From an uncultured Nitrospirales bacterium (GTDB lineage Bacteria; Nitrospirota; Nitrospiria; Nitrospirales; NS-4), in NCBI GenBank assembly GCA_964472655.1, contig CAYYLQ010000007.1, positions 30,479 through 94,478 of the forward strand: 64,000 nucleotides of DNA, in the 5' to 3' direction. Below the pieces are notes generated by a model. The model was not told the origin of the DNA and searched no databases. It was given only the letters and a program-made list of their open reading frames with translations. Below are positions 37,338 through 46,877 of the stretch, piece after piece; the first letter of the stretch is position 1, and every line of letters starts with the position of its first letter. Both the position numbers and the translations under genes were made by a program.

Positions 37338-38380
37338 TCGTCAAATCCTTCGTGCCATGTCAATTCGATCCGCACCGCCCAGATCTGCACTTCTTGTTTC
37401 GTCACCTCATCGAGCTGCGCCAGCTTCACCGCATCCTTCTCGGTCGTCACGATCCGCCCTGCGCCCGCCCGCTCCGCAGCCTGTCGGACCCTCTGCACGT
37501 CCTCCCGAGAGTATGCGTGATGGTCGGGAAAGACGCAATGCTTCGCGACCGTCGCCCCGGCGGTGACCAGTAACTGTCGGAACGACTCAGGATACCCGAT
37601 CCCGCTCACGGCGAGCACCTGCTCGCCTTTCAGCACGGACGGCTCGACCGCGACTGTCCCACCGACCCGCATGACCGCGCTTGGCGCAAAGTCCGTCACC
37701 CAGACCGGCACCGCCGACGCCGCCGCGCGGACACGCGCCTTGATCTCATCCAGCCGCCCTCCCTGCGAGGCGCGCGTCACGAGCACCGCCGTGGCCCGCG
37801 CCATGGCCGAGAGCGGTTCGCGCAGGCGTCCTCTCGGCAGCAGATAGCCGTTGCCGAACGGCGCGCCCGCATCCAGGACCAGGATATTCGTATCCCGCCG
37901 CAAAGCCAGGTGCTGATAGCCGTCGTCCATGATCAGCGTATCGATGTGGTGGCGCTCGATCAGATGCCGCCCCGCCGACGGGCGATCGGCCCCAACCGCC
38001 ACCGGCACGCCCGGGCACCGTTGCGCGATCAGAAACGGCTCATCGCCCGCGTCGCTTGGATTGCCCGGTATCGATTGCCCATCGGAAACCTCTACGATCG
38101 TGTCGGCGCTACGCCGCTTGTAGCCCCGGCTGACGACTCCGACCTTGCGGCCACGCGCCCGCAGCGCCGAGGCCAGCGCGATCACCACCGGCGTCTTGCC
38201 GGTGCCCCCTACCGTCAGATTACCGATACTAATGACGCGGCAGGGCAAAAAGTGTTGTGTCAGCAGTCCGCGTGCGTAAAGCGCCGACCGCGCCTTCATC
38301 GCGAGGCCGTACATGGACGCCAGCGGGATTAACGGAGCAAGTGTCCATCCTAATGGAGACGAATCTTCAATTGAGAGCAT
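37310..38380 (-). CDS. lpxK: Tetraacyldisaccharide 4'-kinase
   Basis: ISIGNLTVGGTGKTPVVIALA P-loop. Start placed at ATG 38380 (MLSIEDSS...). The track's 757-aa ORF is an out-of-frame extension across waaA. Confidence 0.85.
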   Translation of the reverse strand: MLSIEDSSPLGWTLAPLIPLASMYGLAMKARSALYARGLLTQHFLPCRVISIGNLTVGGTGKTPVVIALASALRARGRKVGVVSRGYKRRSADTIVEVSDGQSIPGNPSDAGDEPFLIAQRCPGVPVAVGADRPSAGRHLIERHHIDTLIMDDGYQHLALRRDTNILVLDAGAPFGNGYLLPRGRLREPLSAMARATAVLVTRASQGGRLDEIKARVRAAASAVPVWVTDFAPSAVMRVGGTVAVEPSVLKGEQVLAVSGIGYPESFRQLLVTAGATVAKHCVFPDHHAYSREDVQRVRQAAERAGAGRIVTTEKDAVKLAQLDEVTKQEVQIWAVRIELTWHEGFDEWTRVVLNG

Positions 38381-38394
38381 GTGTTCCACGGCTT

Positions 38395-39690
38395 CTAGTC
38401 CAGAACCCGCGCGATCAAGGCCACGGTCCGCGCCACCGCGCCCTGATTCTCCAGCACGAGCTGATAGGCGGCTTTCCCTCTCTCTTCCAGCTTCGCTCGG
38501 TCTTTCAGCAGAGCCGTCATGACATCGGCCATCTCGTCGGCGTCGCGCACTTGGATCCCGGCTCCCTGGCGGAGGAACTGCTCCGCCGCTTCGGCGAAGT
38601 GGTCCATATGGGGACCGAAGACGACGGGTTTGCCCCAGGCCGCCGGCTCCAGGGGGTTGTGTCCGCCCACATCGACCAGGCTGCCCCCCACGAAAACCAG
38701 CGTCGCCTCCCGATACAGCGCCGCCAACTCGCCGCGCGTATCCAGGACGATCACGCGCGGGCCGGCCGATTCGGCCAGCCGCGTGCGCCGGAGCACATCG
38801 AACCCGCACAGACGCGCCGCCGCGCATACCGCGTCCGCCCGCTCGATATGCCTCGGCGCAAGCACCAGCACTAGCGAAGGGACGACAGCGAGCAGGCGGC
38901 GGTAGCAGTCCAGCACCGCTTCTTCCTCTCCCGGATGCGTGCTGCCCGCCACGAACAGGTCCTCGCCCTCCGCCACGCGCAGCTCGCGTTTGGACATCCG
39001 TCCGGGCGCCGCCTGCGTCAACGCGGCGCCCTGATCGTACTTGAGATTGCCGGTCCGCACGACCCGCTCCGGGGCCGCTCCCAGTTGGACGATCCGGTCC
39101 ACGTCCCGATCGGTCTGCATGGAACAGACGGTGACCGCCGCCAGGACACGGCGGAAGAACGGACGGAGCCGGAGATAGCCGGCGAAGGACTCGGTCGAGA
39201 GACGGCCGTTCGCGAGGACCACCGGGATGCCGCGCGCCGCCGCCTCGCGCAGGAAGTTCGGCCACAATTCCGTTTCGACGATGATGATCAGGCGGGGGCG
39301 CACTGCATCCAACACCGACCGGACCGCCCAGGGGAAATCCAGCGGGAAGTAGAGGTGCTCGGCCTGCCCTTCCAGCTTCTTCTGAATCGTCTCCCGACCG
39401 GTCTCGGTCACGGTCGACACTACGATCCGGGAATCCGGATAGCGCATCTTCAATTGCTGGATCAGCGGGACGGCCGCCGTCGCCTCGCCCATCGAGACGG
39501 CGTGTACCCAGATTGTCCGGCCGTCGCCCCACTCCGGAGCCGGACGCCTCCATCCCAGGCGTTGCCGCAGGCCCGGGCGACATCGCTTCTTGGCCAGCAG
39601 CAGAGCCAGAACGAACGGCGAAACGAGAATGAGGAGCAGATTGTACAGGCCGAACATGCGGCGCTCTTCACTGTCCGAACCGGCGCTCAT
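38395..39690 (-). CDS. waaA: 3-deoxy-D-manno-octulosonic acid (Kdo) transferase
   Basis: IWVHAVSMGEATAAVPLIQQL and a GT30-like C-terminal half. The start ATG 39690 overlaps the stop of the restored DUF374 frame (ATGA). Confidence 0.9.
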   Translation of the reverse strand: MSAGSDSEERRMFGLYNLLLILVSPFVLALLLAKKRCRPGLRQRLGWRRPAPEWGDGRTIWVHAVSMGEATAAVPLIQQLKMRYPDSRIVVSTVTETGRETIQKKLEGQAEHLYFPLDFPWAVRSVLDAVRPRLIIIVETELWPNFLREAAARGIPVVLANGRLSTESFAGYLRLRPFFRRVLAAVTVCSMQTDRDVDRIVQLGAAPERVVRTGNLKYDQGAALTQAAPGRMSKRELRVAEGEDLFVAGSTHPGEEEAVLDCYRRLLAVVPSLVLVLAPRHIERADAVCAAARLCGFDVLRRTRLAESAGPRVIVLDTRGELAALYREATLVFVGGSLVDVGGHNPLEPAAWGKPVVFGPHMDHFAEAAEQFLRQGAGIQVRDADEMADVMTALLKDRAKLEERGKAAYQLVLENQGAVARTVALIARVLD

Positions 39691-40342
39691 CCGCTTACGG
39701 CGCGATCCGCCTCATCGCCGAGCTTGTTGAGCGCCGCCTCCACTTCCACCCGTTTCGCCTCAAGCTGCGTGCGGTCGGCGTCGGCCTGTACGCTGATCGG
39801 CGCACCCCACATGAAGCAGGCCCGGCTGAACGGCAACGGGACTTCGAAGCGGTCCCAGCTGCGGAAGAGTTTTTTTTTGAGGCGGCAAAAGTCAGGGGGA
39901 TGATCGGCAGCCCCGTCAGCTTCGCCAGTTCCACCACACCGGCCTGCGCGACGCACCGGGGTCCTCGGGGACCGTCTGGTGTGACCGCCAGATCGGCGCC
40001 GGACCGGCCCAACCGCACCATCTGCCGGAGTGCCCGCGCGCCGCCGCGCGTGGTGGAGCCGCGCACGGTGTCGAAGCCGAACCGGCGCACGACGCGATGG
40101 ATCAGCTCGCCGTCTCGATGCTCGCTGATCAGGATGGAGAGCCGGGATCCGCCGTAGCACAGGGGCATCATGATCTGCCGGCAATGCCAGAATGCGATAA
40201 TCACAGGGCGGCCCGCCTTCCAGAATGCTTGGACGCGGTCGGCGTGCAGCGTCCGGAGACGCAGCGTCCGACCGAGCGCGCGGATCGTGAGATAGCCCAC
40301 CGGGGGGATCAGCCATTGCTTCAACCGGTTCACGAACGTCAT
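39687..40342 (-). CDS. DUF374-domain (lysophospholipid-acyltransferase-like) protein, reading frame broken at an A9 homopolymer
   Basis: The frame of ORF 39695..40342 carries the conserved N-terminal part (IIAFWHCRQIMMP...ISEHRDGELI...VTPDGPRGP...IIPLTFAASKK). After the A9 run (plus-strand T9, 39870-39878) it becomes Arg/Ser-rich nonsense. The -1 frame continues with KKLFRSWDRFEVPLPFSRACFMWGAPISV...LNKLGDEADRAVSG and ends in an ATGA overlap with waaA. Confidence 0.7.
39870..39878 (-). other. A9 homopolymer containing an A_AAA_AAC heptamer at the DUF374 frame break
   Basis: Minus strand reads gcc tca aaa aaa aac tct in the upstream frame. One extra A, or a -1 slip, gives ...S K K K L F R S W D R F... 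Confidence 0.8.
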
Positions 40343-42087
40343 GCCGGCGCGTCCTCCCCACAGTCATCATGGAACTGCATCTGATACAGCCGCTGGTAGA
40401 CACCCGCCTTCGCCAGCAGTTCTTCGTGTCGGCCGATGTCCACGAGACGGCCTCCGGCCAGCACCGCGATCCGGTCCGCCCGCTGGACCGTGGAAAGCCG
40501 GTGGGCGATCACGAACGTCGTCCGGCCCTTCATCAGGTTGACCAGCGCCATCTGCACCATACGCTCGGATTCCGTGTCGAGCGAGGATGTGGCTTCGTCG
40601 AGGATAAGGATCGGGGGATTGCGCAGCAGGGCCCGCGCGATGGCCAAACGCTGCCGCTCTCCGCCCGAGAGCTTGACCCCGTTCTCGCCGATGAGCGTGG
40701 CGTACCCGTTCGGCAGGCGCATGATGAACTCGTGCGCGTACGCCGCCTTCGCCGCATCCGTGATGGCTTCCTCGTTCACTTCATCCTTGCCGTACGCGAC
40801 GTTGTTCCGCACCGTGTCGTCGAACAGCAGGGTCTCCTGCGAGACGATGCCCATCTGCCGCCGGATGGCCGGCAGGCGGATCTCGCGGAGGTCCACGCCG
40901 TCGATGAGGATCGCTCCCGCCGTCGGGTCGTAAAATCGCGGGATCAGGTTCACGAGCGTGGTCTTGCCGGCGCCGCTGCTCCCCACAATGGCCAGCACCT
41001 CACCGGTCTTGACCGTCAGCGAAATGTCCTGCAAGGCCGGCGTCTCGCTCCCTTCGTACCGGAACGAGACCTTTCGCAGCTCGATCGTGGACCGCACGCC
41101 GCCGAGCCCGCGCGTGCCCGTATCCAGCGCGGCCTCGGTCGGCACATCCAACACGGTGAAGACTCGCTCGGCGGCCGCCAGCGCCTGCTGGATGGTATTG
41201 TTGGCCGCAGCCAGGCGTTTGATGGGGTTGTACATCAGGAACATTGCAGTGAGAAAGGAAAAGAAAGTGCCGGGGGTCATTGTCCCTCGAATGACCTGCG
41301 AGCCCCCGTACCAGATGATTCCCGCCACCCCGATGACCCCGACCGCTTCGAGCACGGGCGACGTGATGGCGGCGACCTGCGTCGATTTCATCAAAGTGCG
41401 GAAGTACGCCTCGTTGTGCCACGCAAAACGCCGGTCTTCAGCCGACTCCTGCGTAAAGCCCTTCACAATGCGGATGCCGGTCAGCGTCTCCTGCAAGGCC
41501 GTGGTCATGTCGGCCGTCCGTTCCTGACCGGTCGTGGCGATCCGGCGAAGCCGGTTGCCGAACCGGACCATCGGATAGACCGACAACGGGATCGCGACGC
41601 TCGACAGCAGGGTTAACTGCCAGTTCTGATAGAACACTACGCCGAACAGGACGAGAAACGTCAGGCTTTGCTGGAAAAGATCCTTGAGCACGCCGGATAC
41701 GGCATTGTGAATCCAGTTCGTGTCGTTGATGACGCGGGACAGCATCCGGCTGGAGGGATTCTTCAGGTGGAAGCCGACCGGCAGGCGCATCAGATGGCTG
41801 AAGAGACGTTGGCGGATGTCGGTTACAACGCGACTCCCGACGTAGATCATCAGATAGGTCTGGCCGTAGCTCGCGATCCCTTTGAGCACCGACACGACCA
41901 TCAACGCCACCGGCAGAAGGATCAGCCACGTCGCGTTCTTGCTGATGAAAATCTCGTCGAGGGCGGGCCGAACCAGCCAAGCGTAGGCGCCCGTCAAAGC
42001 GGCCACCGCCCCGGAGCAGACGGCCGCGGCGATCAGGCGGCCCCAATATGGCCGCATGTATTCCAGGAGACGCAGGTACAGCCGCAT
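40339..42087 (-). CDS. msbA: Lipid A export ABC transporter permease/ATPase
   Basis: Six-TM N-terminal half followed by GSSGAGKTTLVNLI (Walker A), LSGGERQRLAIARALL (signature) and ILILDEATSSLD (Walker B). Lies within the lipid A cluster. Confidence 0.9.
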   Translation of the reverse strand: MRLYLRLLEYMRPYWGRLIAAAVCSGAVAALTGAYAWLVRPALDEIFISKNATWLILLPVALMVVSVLKGIASYGQTYLMIYVGSRVVTDIRQRLFSHLMRLPVGFHLKNPSSRMLSRVINDTNWIHNAVSGVLKDLFQQSLTFLVLFGVVFYQNWQLTLLSSVAIPLSVYPMVRFGNRLRRIATTGQERTADMTTALQETLTGIRIVKGFTQESAEDRRFAWHNEAYFRTLMKSTQVAAITSPVLEAVGVIGVAGIIWYGGSQVIRGTMTPGTFFSFLTAMFLMYNPIKRLAAANNTIQQALAAAERVFTVLDVPTEAALDTGTRGLGGVRSTIELRKVSFRYEGSETPALQDISLTVKTGEVLAIVGSSGAGKTTLVNLIPRFYDPTAGAILIDGVDLREIRLPAIRRQMGIVSQETLLFDDTVRNNVAYGKDEVNEEAITDAAKAAYAHEFIMRLPNGYATLIGENGVKLSGGERQRLAIARALLRNPPILILDEATSSLDTESERMVQMALVNLMKGRTTFVIAHRLSTVQRADRIAVLAGGRLVDIGRHEELLAKAGVYQRLYQMQFHDDCGEDAPA

Positions 42088-43250
42088 CAGCGCGACACCC
42101 CTTCCAGGCGCAACTGATCGAGCACGACGGCAGCCGCCCGCGCGGACGCGCCCGGGGCCCCGAGCAGGGTCCTGACGCGGGCCATCTCCGTGCGCATGCC
42201 GTCCCGGTACGCCGTATCGTCGAGGATCCGGCGCGCTTCCTCCGCAAGATTCTGCGGGGTCGCCCGACGCTGGATCAACTCGGGGATGAAGGGCTTACCG
42301 GCCACGATGTTGGCCAACCCGATGCTACCCACGCGAACCAGCAGCCGCGCGAGCAGGTACGTGAACCAGGGCAGCTTGTACGCAATCACCATGGGCGTCC
42401 CGATGATCGCGGCCTGGAGCGTCGCGGTGCCGGACGCGATGAAGAGGAGGTCCGCCGCCGCCATGACACCGTCGGGATCCCGCGACACCAGACGCACGTC
42501 CAGGCCGGCCTCATCGCATGTCCGCTTGATGGCCTCCTGATCCACCGTCTCGGCGACGGCAAGAATCAAGCGAAGAGGCCGGTCCTGCTGGAGCAGCCGC
42601 GCGGCTTCCAGAAAAACCGGCAGCAGGTCCTTCACCTCCCCGGTCCGGCTGCCCGGGAGCAGGCCAATCACGCGGGCGTCGCGCGGAATGCCGTACGCGG
42701 CGCGCAACCGGTCCCGGTCGTAGGAGGGCGCCACATCGTCCAGAAGCGGGTGACCTACAAAGGTGCAGGGAACCCCCGCCCGTCGGTAGAGCTCTTCTTC
42801 GAACGGTAGCACCACCACCACGTGATCCACCCGCCGCTGCATCCACTTCATGCGGCGGGGCCGCCACGCCCAGAGCTGCGGCGCGATGTAGTACAGGACG
42901 CGGATCCCGGCCTGTTTGGCAACGCGCGCGAAATGGAAGTTGAGGCCGGGGTTGTCGATCAGGATGACGAGATCAAATGGCTCGCGCCGCAGGATCTTCC
43001 TCAAGGTAAGCACCCGTTTGACCATGGTACGGACGGCGGCAGGCCCGACAAGTCCGATCACGTCCACATGGCCGATGTCCTGGACCAGTTCCACGCCCGC
43101 GGCCCTCATGCGGGGCCCGCCCACGCCGAGAATGACCAGGTCCGGGGCCTGCACCTTCAGGGCGGCGGCGAGATGGGCGCCGTGCAGGTCGCCGGAGGCT
43201 TCACCCGCGATGATGAGAACCCGCCGAGCCACCAGACTCCCTCCGTCCAT
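42087..43250 (-). CDS. lpxB: Lipid-A-disaccharide synthase
   Basis: RVLIIAGEASGDLHGAHLAAAL N-terminus. Start placed at ATG 43250 (or GTG 43232). The track's 433-aa version extends out of the conserved region. Confidence 0.9.
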   Translation of the reverse strand: MDGGSLVARRVLIIAGEASGDLHGAHLAAALKVQAPDLVILGVGGPRMRAAGVELVQDIGHVDVIGLVGPAAVRTMVKRVLTLRKILRREPFDLVILIDNPGLNFHFARVAKQAGIRVLYYIAPQLWAWRPRRMKWMQRRVDHVVVVLPFEEELYRRAGVPCTFVGHPLLDDVAPSYDRDRLRAAYGIPRDARVIGLLPGSRTGEVKDLLPVFLEAARLLQQDRPLRLILAVAETVDQEAIKRTCDEAGLDVRLVSRDPDGVMAAADLLFIASGTATLQAAIIGTPMVIAYKLPWFTYLLARLLVRVGSIGLANIVAGKPFIPELIQRRATPQNLAEEARRILDDTAYRDGMRTEMARVRTLLGAPGASARAAAVVLDQLRLEGVSR

Positions 43251-44178
43251 GACGGGCAATCTCGGCCATGATCGCGCCAGCGAGCTCCAGCGCAGCCGTG
43301 CCCTCCTTCCCCGAGACCAGCGGCGGGACACCGGTGCGGACCGCATCGAGAAAGGCCTCCAGTTCGAGTGCGAGCGGCTCGCGCCCATCGCCCCGGACCT
43401 GTTCCGTCAGGAGCTCATGGCTCCCCGACGTACCCATGGCCCGGCGTCCCACGACGGCCGTTTGCCCCGCCAGGTCAATCACCACAAATCCCCCGGGCTC
43501 GTAGATCCGGAGCTCGCGGACCTTGGATTCGGCGACGCGACTCACGCTGAACGTCGCGACACAGCCGTTGTCGAACACCACCCGCGCCTGCGCGACATCC
43601 GTCGCCGCCGACAGAACGGACACGCCGCTCGCCCGGACGTCCCGCACCGGCGCGCCGACCATCCCCAGGACGAGATCCAGGTCGTGGATCATCAAATCCA
43701 GCACCACGTCCACGTCCGCTCCGCGTGGCGTGAAGGGCGCCCAGCGCCGGCACTCGATGAGCGTGGGCGCCTTGACGGCGCCACGCGTCGCGCGAAACGC
43801 CGAGTTGAAGCGCTCGATGTGCCCCACCTGCAGCGTCACGCCGCGGCTCGACGCGACGGCCGTCAGATCGCGCGCCTGCTCCACCGTCGCCGCCAACGGC
43901 TTCTCCACAAGCACGTGCAGACCAGCCTCCAGGCAGGTTTTCGCGATTTCGTAATGCAGGAGCGTCGGCGCCGCCACGCTGACGGCGTCCGCCTCTCCAA
44001 GAAGCACCCGGTAGTCGGCCACTGCCTGACAGCCGTGTCGCGAGGCGACCACCGCGGCCCGTGCGCTGTCCGCATCCGCAACGGCAATCAAGCGAGCCAT
44101 GGGCAGTTCGGCATAGACGCGGGCATGGTGCTGCCCGAGCGATCCCACACCGATGACGACGACTTTGATTGGCTCCAT
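43201..44178 (-). CDS. Gfo/Idh/MocA family oxidoreductase embedded in the lipid A operon (candidate UDP-GlcNAc 3-dehydrogenase, GnnA-like)
   Basis: IKVVVIGVGSLGQHHARVY, VLVEKPLAAT and VGHIERFNSAF. Positioned between lpxI and lpxB. The GnnA assignment is inference only. Confidence 0.75.
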   Translation of the reverse strand: MEPIKVVVIGVGSLGQHHARVYAELPMARLIAVADADSARAAVVASRHGCQAVADYRVLLGEADAVSVAAPTLLHYEIAKTCLEAGLHVLVEKPLAATVEQARDLTAVASSRGVTLQVGHIERFNSAFRATRGAVKAPTLIECRRWAPFTPRGADVDVVLDLMIHDLDLVLGMVGAPVRDVRASGVSVLSAATDVAQARVVFDNGCVATFSVSRVAESKVRELRIYEPGGFVVIDLAGQTAVVGRRAMGTSGSHELLTEQVRGDGREPLALELEAFLDAVRTGVPPLVSGKEGTAALELAGAIMAEIARHGRRESGGSAGSHHRG

Positions 44179-44186
44179 AAAATCCG

Positions 44187-45041
44187 TTAGTCCGCCTTCA
44201 CACCGACAATCGCGATGCCGGCCTGATCGGCGGCTTCAATCGTTTCTTCCCGATCCAGGAACACCGCCTTCCCGGCCTCGATCGCCAGCACGACGGCGGC
44301 GCTCTCGATCATGGCCCGGACGGTCCCAGGCCCGACCGCCGGCAGATCGAAGCGACGATCCTGCTGGGGTTTGAACCGTTTGACCACCACGGCACCCGCG
44401 CGCGCCAACTTCCCGCCACGGCGGATCGCCTCGTCGGATCCCTCGACCGCCTCGACCGCGACCACCACCCGGTCCTTCACCACCACGCATTGGCCGATGT
44501 CCAGGCGCCCGACGGCCTCGGCCATCTCCCAGCCGAACTCGACATCGCGCCATTCTTTGCGCGTCGGCCGCCGCCGTGTGAGCGTGCCTTCTTCCACCAG
44601 CAAGCCGTCCAGCCCAAACGTGGATTCCCGGATCCGGATGCCTTCGCCCTCCAGTTCGGCGGCAATTGCGCGCAGCAGCGCGTCGTCCTTGGGGACGGTC
44701 ACGCGGCGCAGCAGTGCCAGCGAGCGGAGGTCGGGCTTGACGTCGGAGAAGAGATGCGTCTTCTTGACGCCGCCGGCCATGACAGCCTGGCGCACGCCGT
44801 CATGCTTGAAGGCCTTGATGAGCTTGCCCAGTTGCCCCAGTGCTACCCAGTGAATCCGATCCACGACCCGCTCAAGCGCCGGATCGGCCTCCCCGGTCAA
44901 GGCCACCGCCGAGACACGGTAGCCGAGCCGTCGCGCATTTTCGGCGAAGAGGAGCGGAAAGCGGCCGTTGCCGGCGATCAAGCCGATCCATTCCGCCCGC
45001 GCGTCCGGAGCCTGCGCGCCTTCACTCCTCCTCGCGTTCAT
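44187..45041 (-). CDS. lpxI: UDP-2,3-diacylglucosamine diphosphatase, LpxI (DUF1009) family
   Basis: IGLIAGNGRFPLLFAENARRLGY and position directly after lpxA. Start uncertain (45041 or 45101). Confidence 0.8.
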   Translation of the reverse strand: MNARRSEGAQAPDARAEWIGLIAGNGRFPLLFAENARRLGYRVSAVALTGEADPALERVVDRIHWVALGQLGKLIKAFKHDGVRQAVMAGGVKKTHLFSDVKPDLRSLALLRRVTVPKDDALLRAIAAELEGEGIRIRESTFGLDGLLVEEGTLTRRRPTRKEWRDVEFGWEMAEAVGRLDIGQCVVVKDRVVVAVEAVEGSDEAIRRGGKLARAGAVVVKRFKPQQDRRFDLPAVGPGTVRAMIESAAVVLAIEAGKAVFLDREETIEAADQAGIAIVGVKAD

Positions 45042-45828
45042 CCGACCCCTTGCAGATGCCCCGCTTCGTGCCGTCCAGAAAAGCCAGGAGGTCTTGGACA
45101 TCCTGATGCTCGCCGAACTCGTTGCGGACTTTTTTGGCCGCTTCGGCCAGGCGTTCCTCCGACCGGAACAGCGCCAGGTAGACCTGTTTGAGGCGCCGGA
45201 TGCGCTCGTCGGAAAAGCCCTGGCGTTTCAGCCCGATGGTGTTGACGCCGAACAGCCGGGCGCGGTAGCCGCCGGCGGCCCGCATGAAGGGCGGCACGTC
45301 CATCCCGACCGCCGAGCAGCCCCCGATCATGCTGTAGGACCCGATCCGCACGAACTGATGGATCCCGACGAGCCCCCCCACGATGGCATGGTCGCCGATC
45401 GTGATGTGGCCAGCCAGCGTCGCGGCGTTCGCCATGATCACGTGATTGCCGACGAGGCAGTCGTGGGCGATGTGCACGTAGGCCATAAGCACATTGTGAT
45501 CGCCCAGGCTGGTCACGCCGCCGCCGAACACCGTCGCGCGGTTCACGGTCACATATTCCCGGAGGATGTTGTGGTGCCCGATCCGGACGTGCGTCTCCTC
45601 GCCGTTGTATTTCAAATGCTGCGGCGGGGCGCCGAGCGACACGAAGGAGTGGATCTGGCATTCCTCTCCCACGTCGGTCCATCCTTCGATGACGACGTGC
45701 GAATCGATCCGGGTCCCCCGTCCGATGCGGACGTGTTCCCCGAGCACGGCATAGGGTCCCACCGTCACGCCGTCGGCCAGCTCGGCCTTGGGGTGCACGA
45801 TAGCCGTCGGATGCACGCAGGTGCTCAC
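45022..45828 (-). CDS. lpxA: Acyl-ACP--UDP-N-acetylglucosamine O-acyltransferase
   Basis: [36 protein letters not shown] hexapeptide helix with an LpxA-type C-terminal helical domain. fabZ lies upstream. Confidence 0.9.
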   Translation of the reverse strand: MSTCVHPTAIVHPKAELADGVTVGPYAVLGEHVRIGRGTRIDSHVVIEGWTDVGEECQIHSFVSLGAPPQHLKYNGEETHVRIGHHNILREYVTVNRATVFGGGVTSLGDHNVLMAYVHIAHDCLVGNHVIMANAATLAGHITIGDHAIVGGLVGIHQFVRIGSYSMIGGCSAVGMDVPPFMRAAGGYRARLFGVNTIGLKRQGFSDERIRRLKQVYLALFRSEERLAEAAKKVRNEFGEHQDVQDLLAFLDGTKRGICKGSDEREEE

Positions 45829-46304
45829 GGCTCGCCCTCCGCCGTCGTCCCGTCCGTGATCATCGCCATCAGCTCCGCCTCGCAGACCAGCGCGCCGTCC
45901 ACGAACGTCTCCCCGCGCATCTTCCAGTAGGGATGGCGGCCGCGCAGCACCTCCACCACGAACCGCAGCCGGTCACCCGGCACAACCGGTTTCCTGAACT
46001 TGGCCTTCTCGATCCCCATGAAGTACACGAGCTTGGCGCCCGCCTGGCTGGCGGATTTGAATGCGAGGACTCCCCCCACCTGCGCCATGGCCTCAATGAT
46101 CAGCACGCCTGGCATGATGGGCCGGCCGGGGAAGTGCCCCTGGAAGAACGGCTCGTTGATCGTCACGTTCTTGATGCCGACCACCCGCTTCCCGATCTCC
46201 AGTTCCTCGATGCGATCCACCAAGAGAAATGGGTACCGGTGCGGCAGGATCGCCTGGATCTCGGTCACGTCCAGGCACAACCCCTGATGGCTGCCCTGGC
46301 TCAC
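45825..46304 (-). CDS. fabZ: 3-hydroxyacyl-ACP dehydratase
   Basis: [17 protein letters not shown] and [23 protein letters not shown]. Confidence 0.9.
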   Translation of the reverse strand: MSQGSHQGLCLDVTEIQAILPHRYPFLLVDRIEELEIGKRVVGIKNVTINEPFFQGHFPGRPIMPGVLIIEAMAQVGGVLAFKSASQAGAKLVYFMGIEKAKFRKPVVPGDRLRFVVEVLRGRHPYWKMRGETFVDGALVCEAELMAMITDGTTAEGEP

Positions 46305-46837
46305 TTGCCCCCCTTCGCGTCCAGTTCCTTGATCACGCGCTCCGTGAGATCGATCGAGGGATGGCTGTAGATGACCAGCGCGCCGGTTCCGTTATCTCCC
46401 TTTTCCACAACGAGGGTGATCTTCTCTTTGTCCGCGATTCCCCGGATCACCTGTTCCAGGCTCTTGTTGAATTCATCCAACGTCTCTTTCTTCTTGACCT
46501 GGACCTCCTGGTTCAACTGCTGGACCTTCCGCTGATATTCCACCATTTTCTGACGGAACTTCTCCTCCTTGTCTTTTTTGGCGTCGGGGCTCAACACAGC
46601 GCCCTGCTTGACCAGATCCTCTTCCATCTTCTTGAGCTCTTCTTCCTCCATGTCGATGACTTTCTGGCGGGCCTTGACGTATTCCTGCAGCGAGTCCTTG
46701 ATCTTCTTGCCGGCCTTGGTGCCATCCAGAACTTTCTGCGGCTCGACCACGCCGATCTTCACTTCCGCCCCGGCCGGCGCCGCAACCGCCAGCGCCGCCG
46801 CAAAGGCGATGCCCAGAACGCTGATCCCGTTTCTCAT
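46301..46837 (-). CDS. skp: OmpH/Skp family periplasmic chaperone
   Basis: Signal peptide [24 protein letters not shown] followed by a K/E-rich coiled coil. Start ATG 46837 is preceded by AAGGAAG. Lies between bamA and fabZ. Confidence 0.8.
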   Translation of the reverse strand: MRNGISVLGIAFAAALAVAAPAGAEVKIGVVEPQKVLDGTKAGKKIKDSLQEYVKARQKVIDMEEEELKKMEEDLVKQGAVLSPDAKKDKEEKFRQKMVEYQRKVQQLNQEVQVKKKETLDEFNKSLEQVIRGIADKEKITLVVEKGDNGTGALVIYSHPSIDLTERVIKELDAKGGK

Positions 46838-46877
46838 GTCGATCTTCCTTTCTGATCCAGTGTACACGACTGTCCCA

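Noticed and set aside
38381-39583. N-terminal roughly 400 aa of the 757-aa ORF 37310..39583.
   Set aside because: It is out of frame over waaA and is Gly/Arg/Pro-rich. LpxK homology starts at MLSIEDSS (ATG 38380).
39879-40403. N-terminal part of the 238-aa ORF 39687..40403, considered as an independent gene.
   Set aside because: It is Arg/Pro/Asp-rich and overlaps the conserved DUF374 N-terminal frame. Only its last roughly 60 codons, after the A9 run, look like real protein, and these are interpreted as the displaced DUF374 C-terminus.
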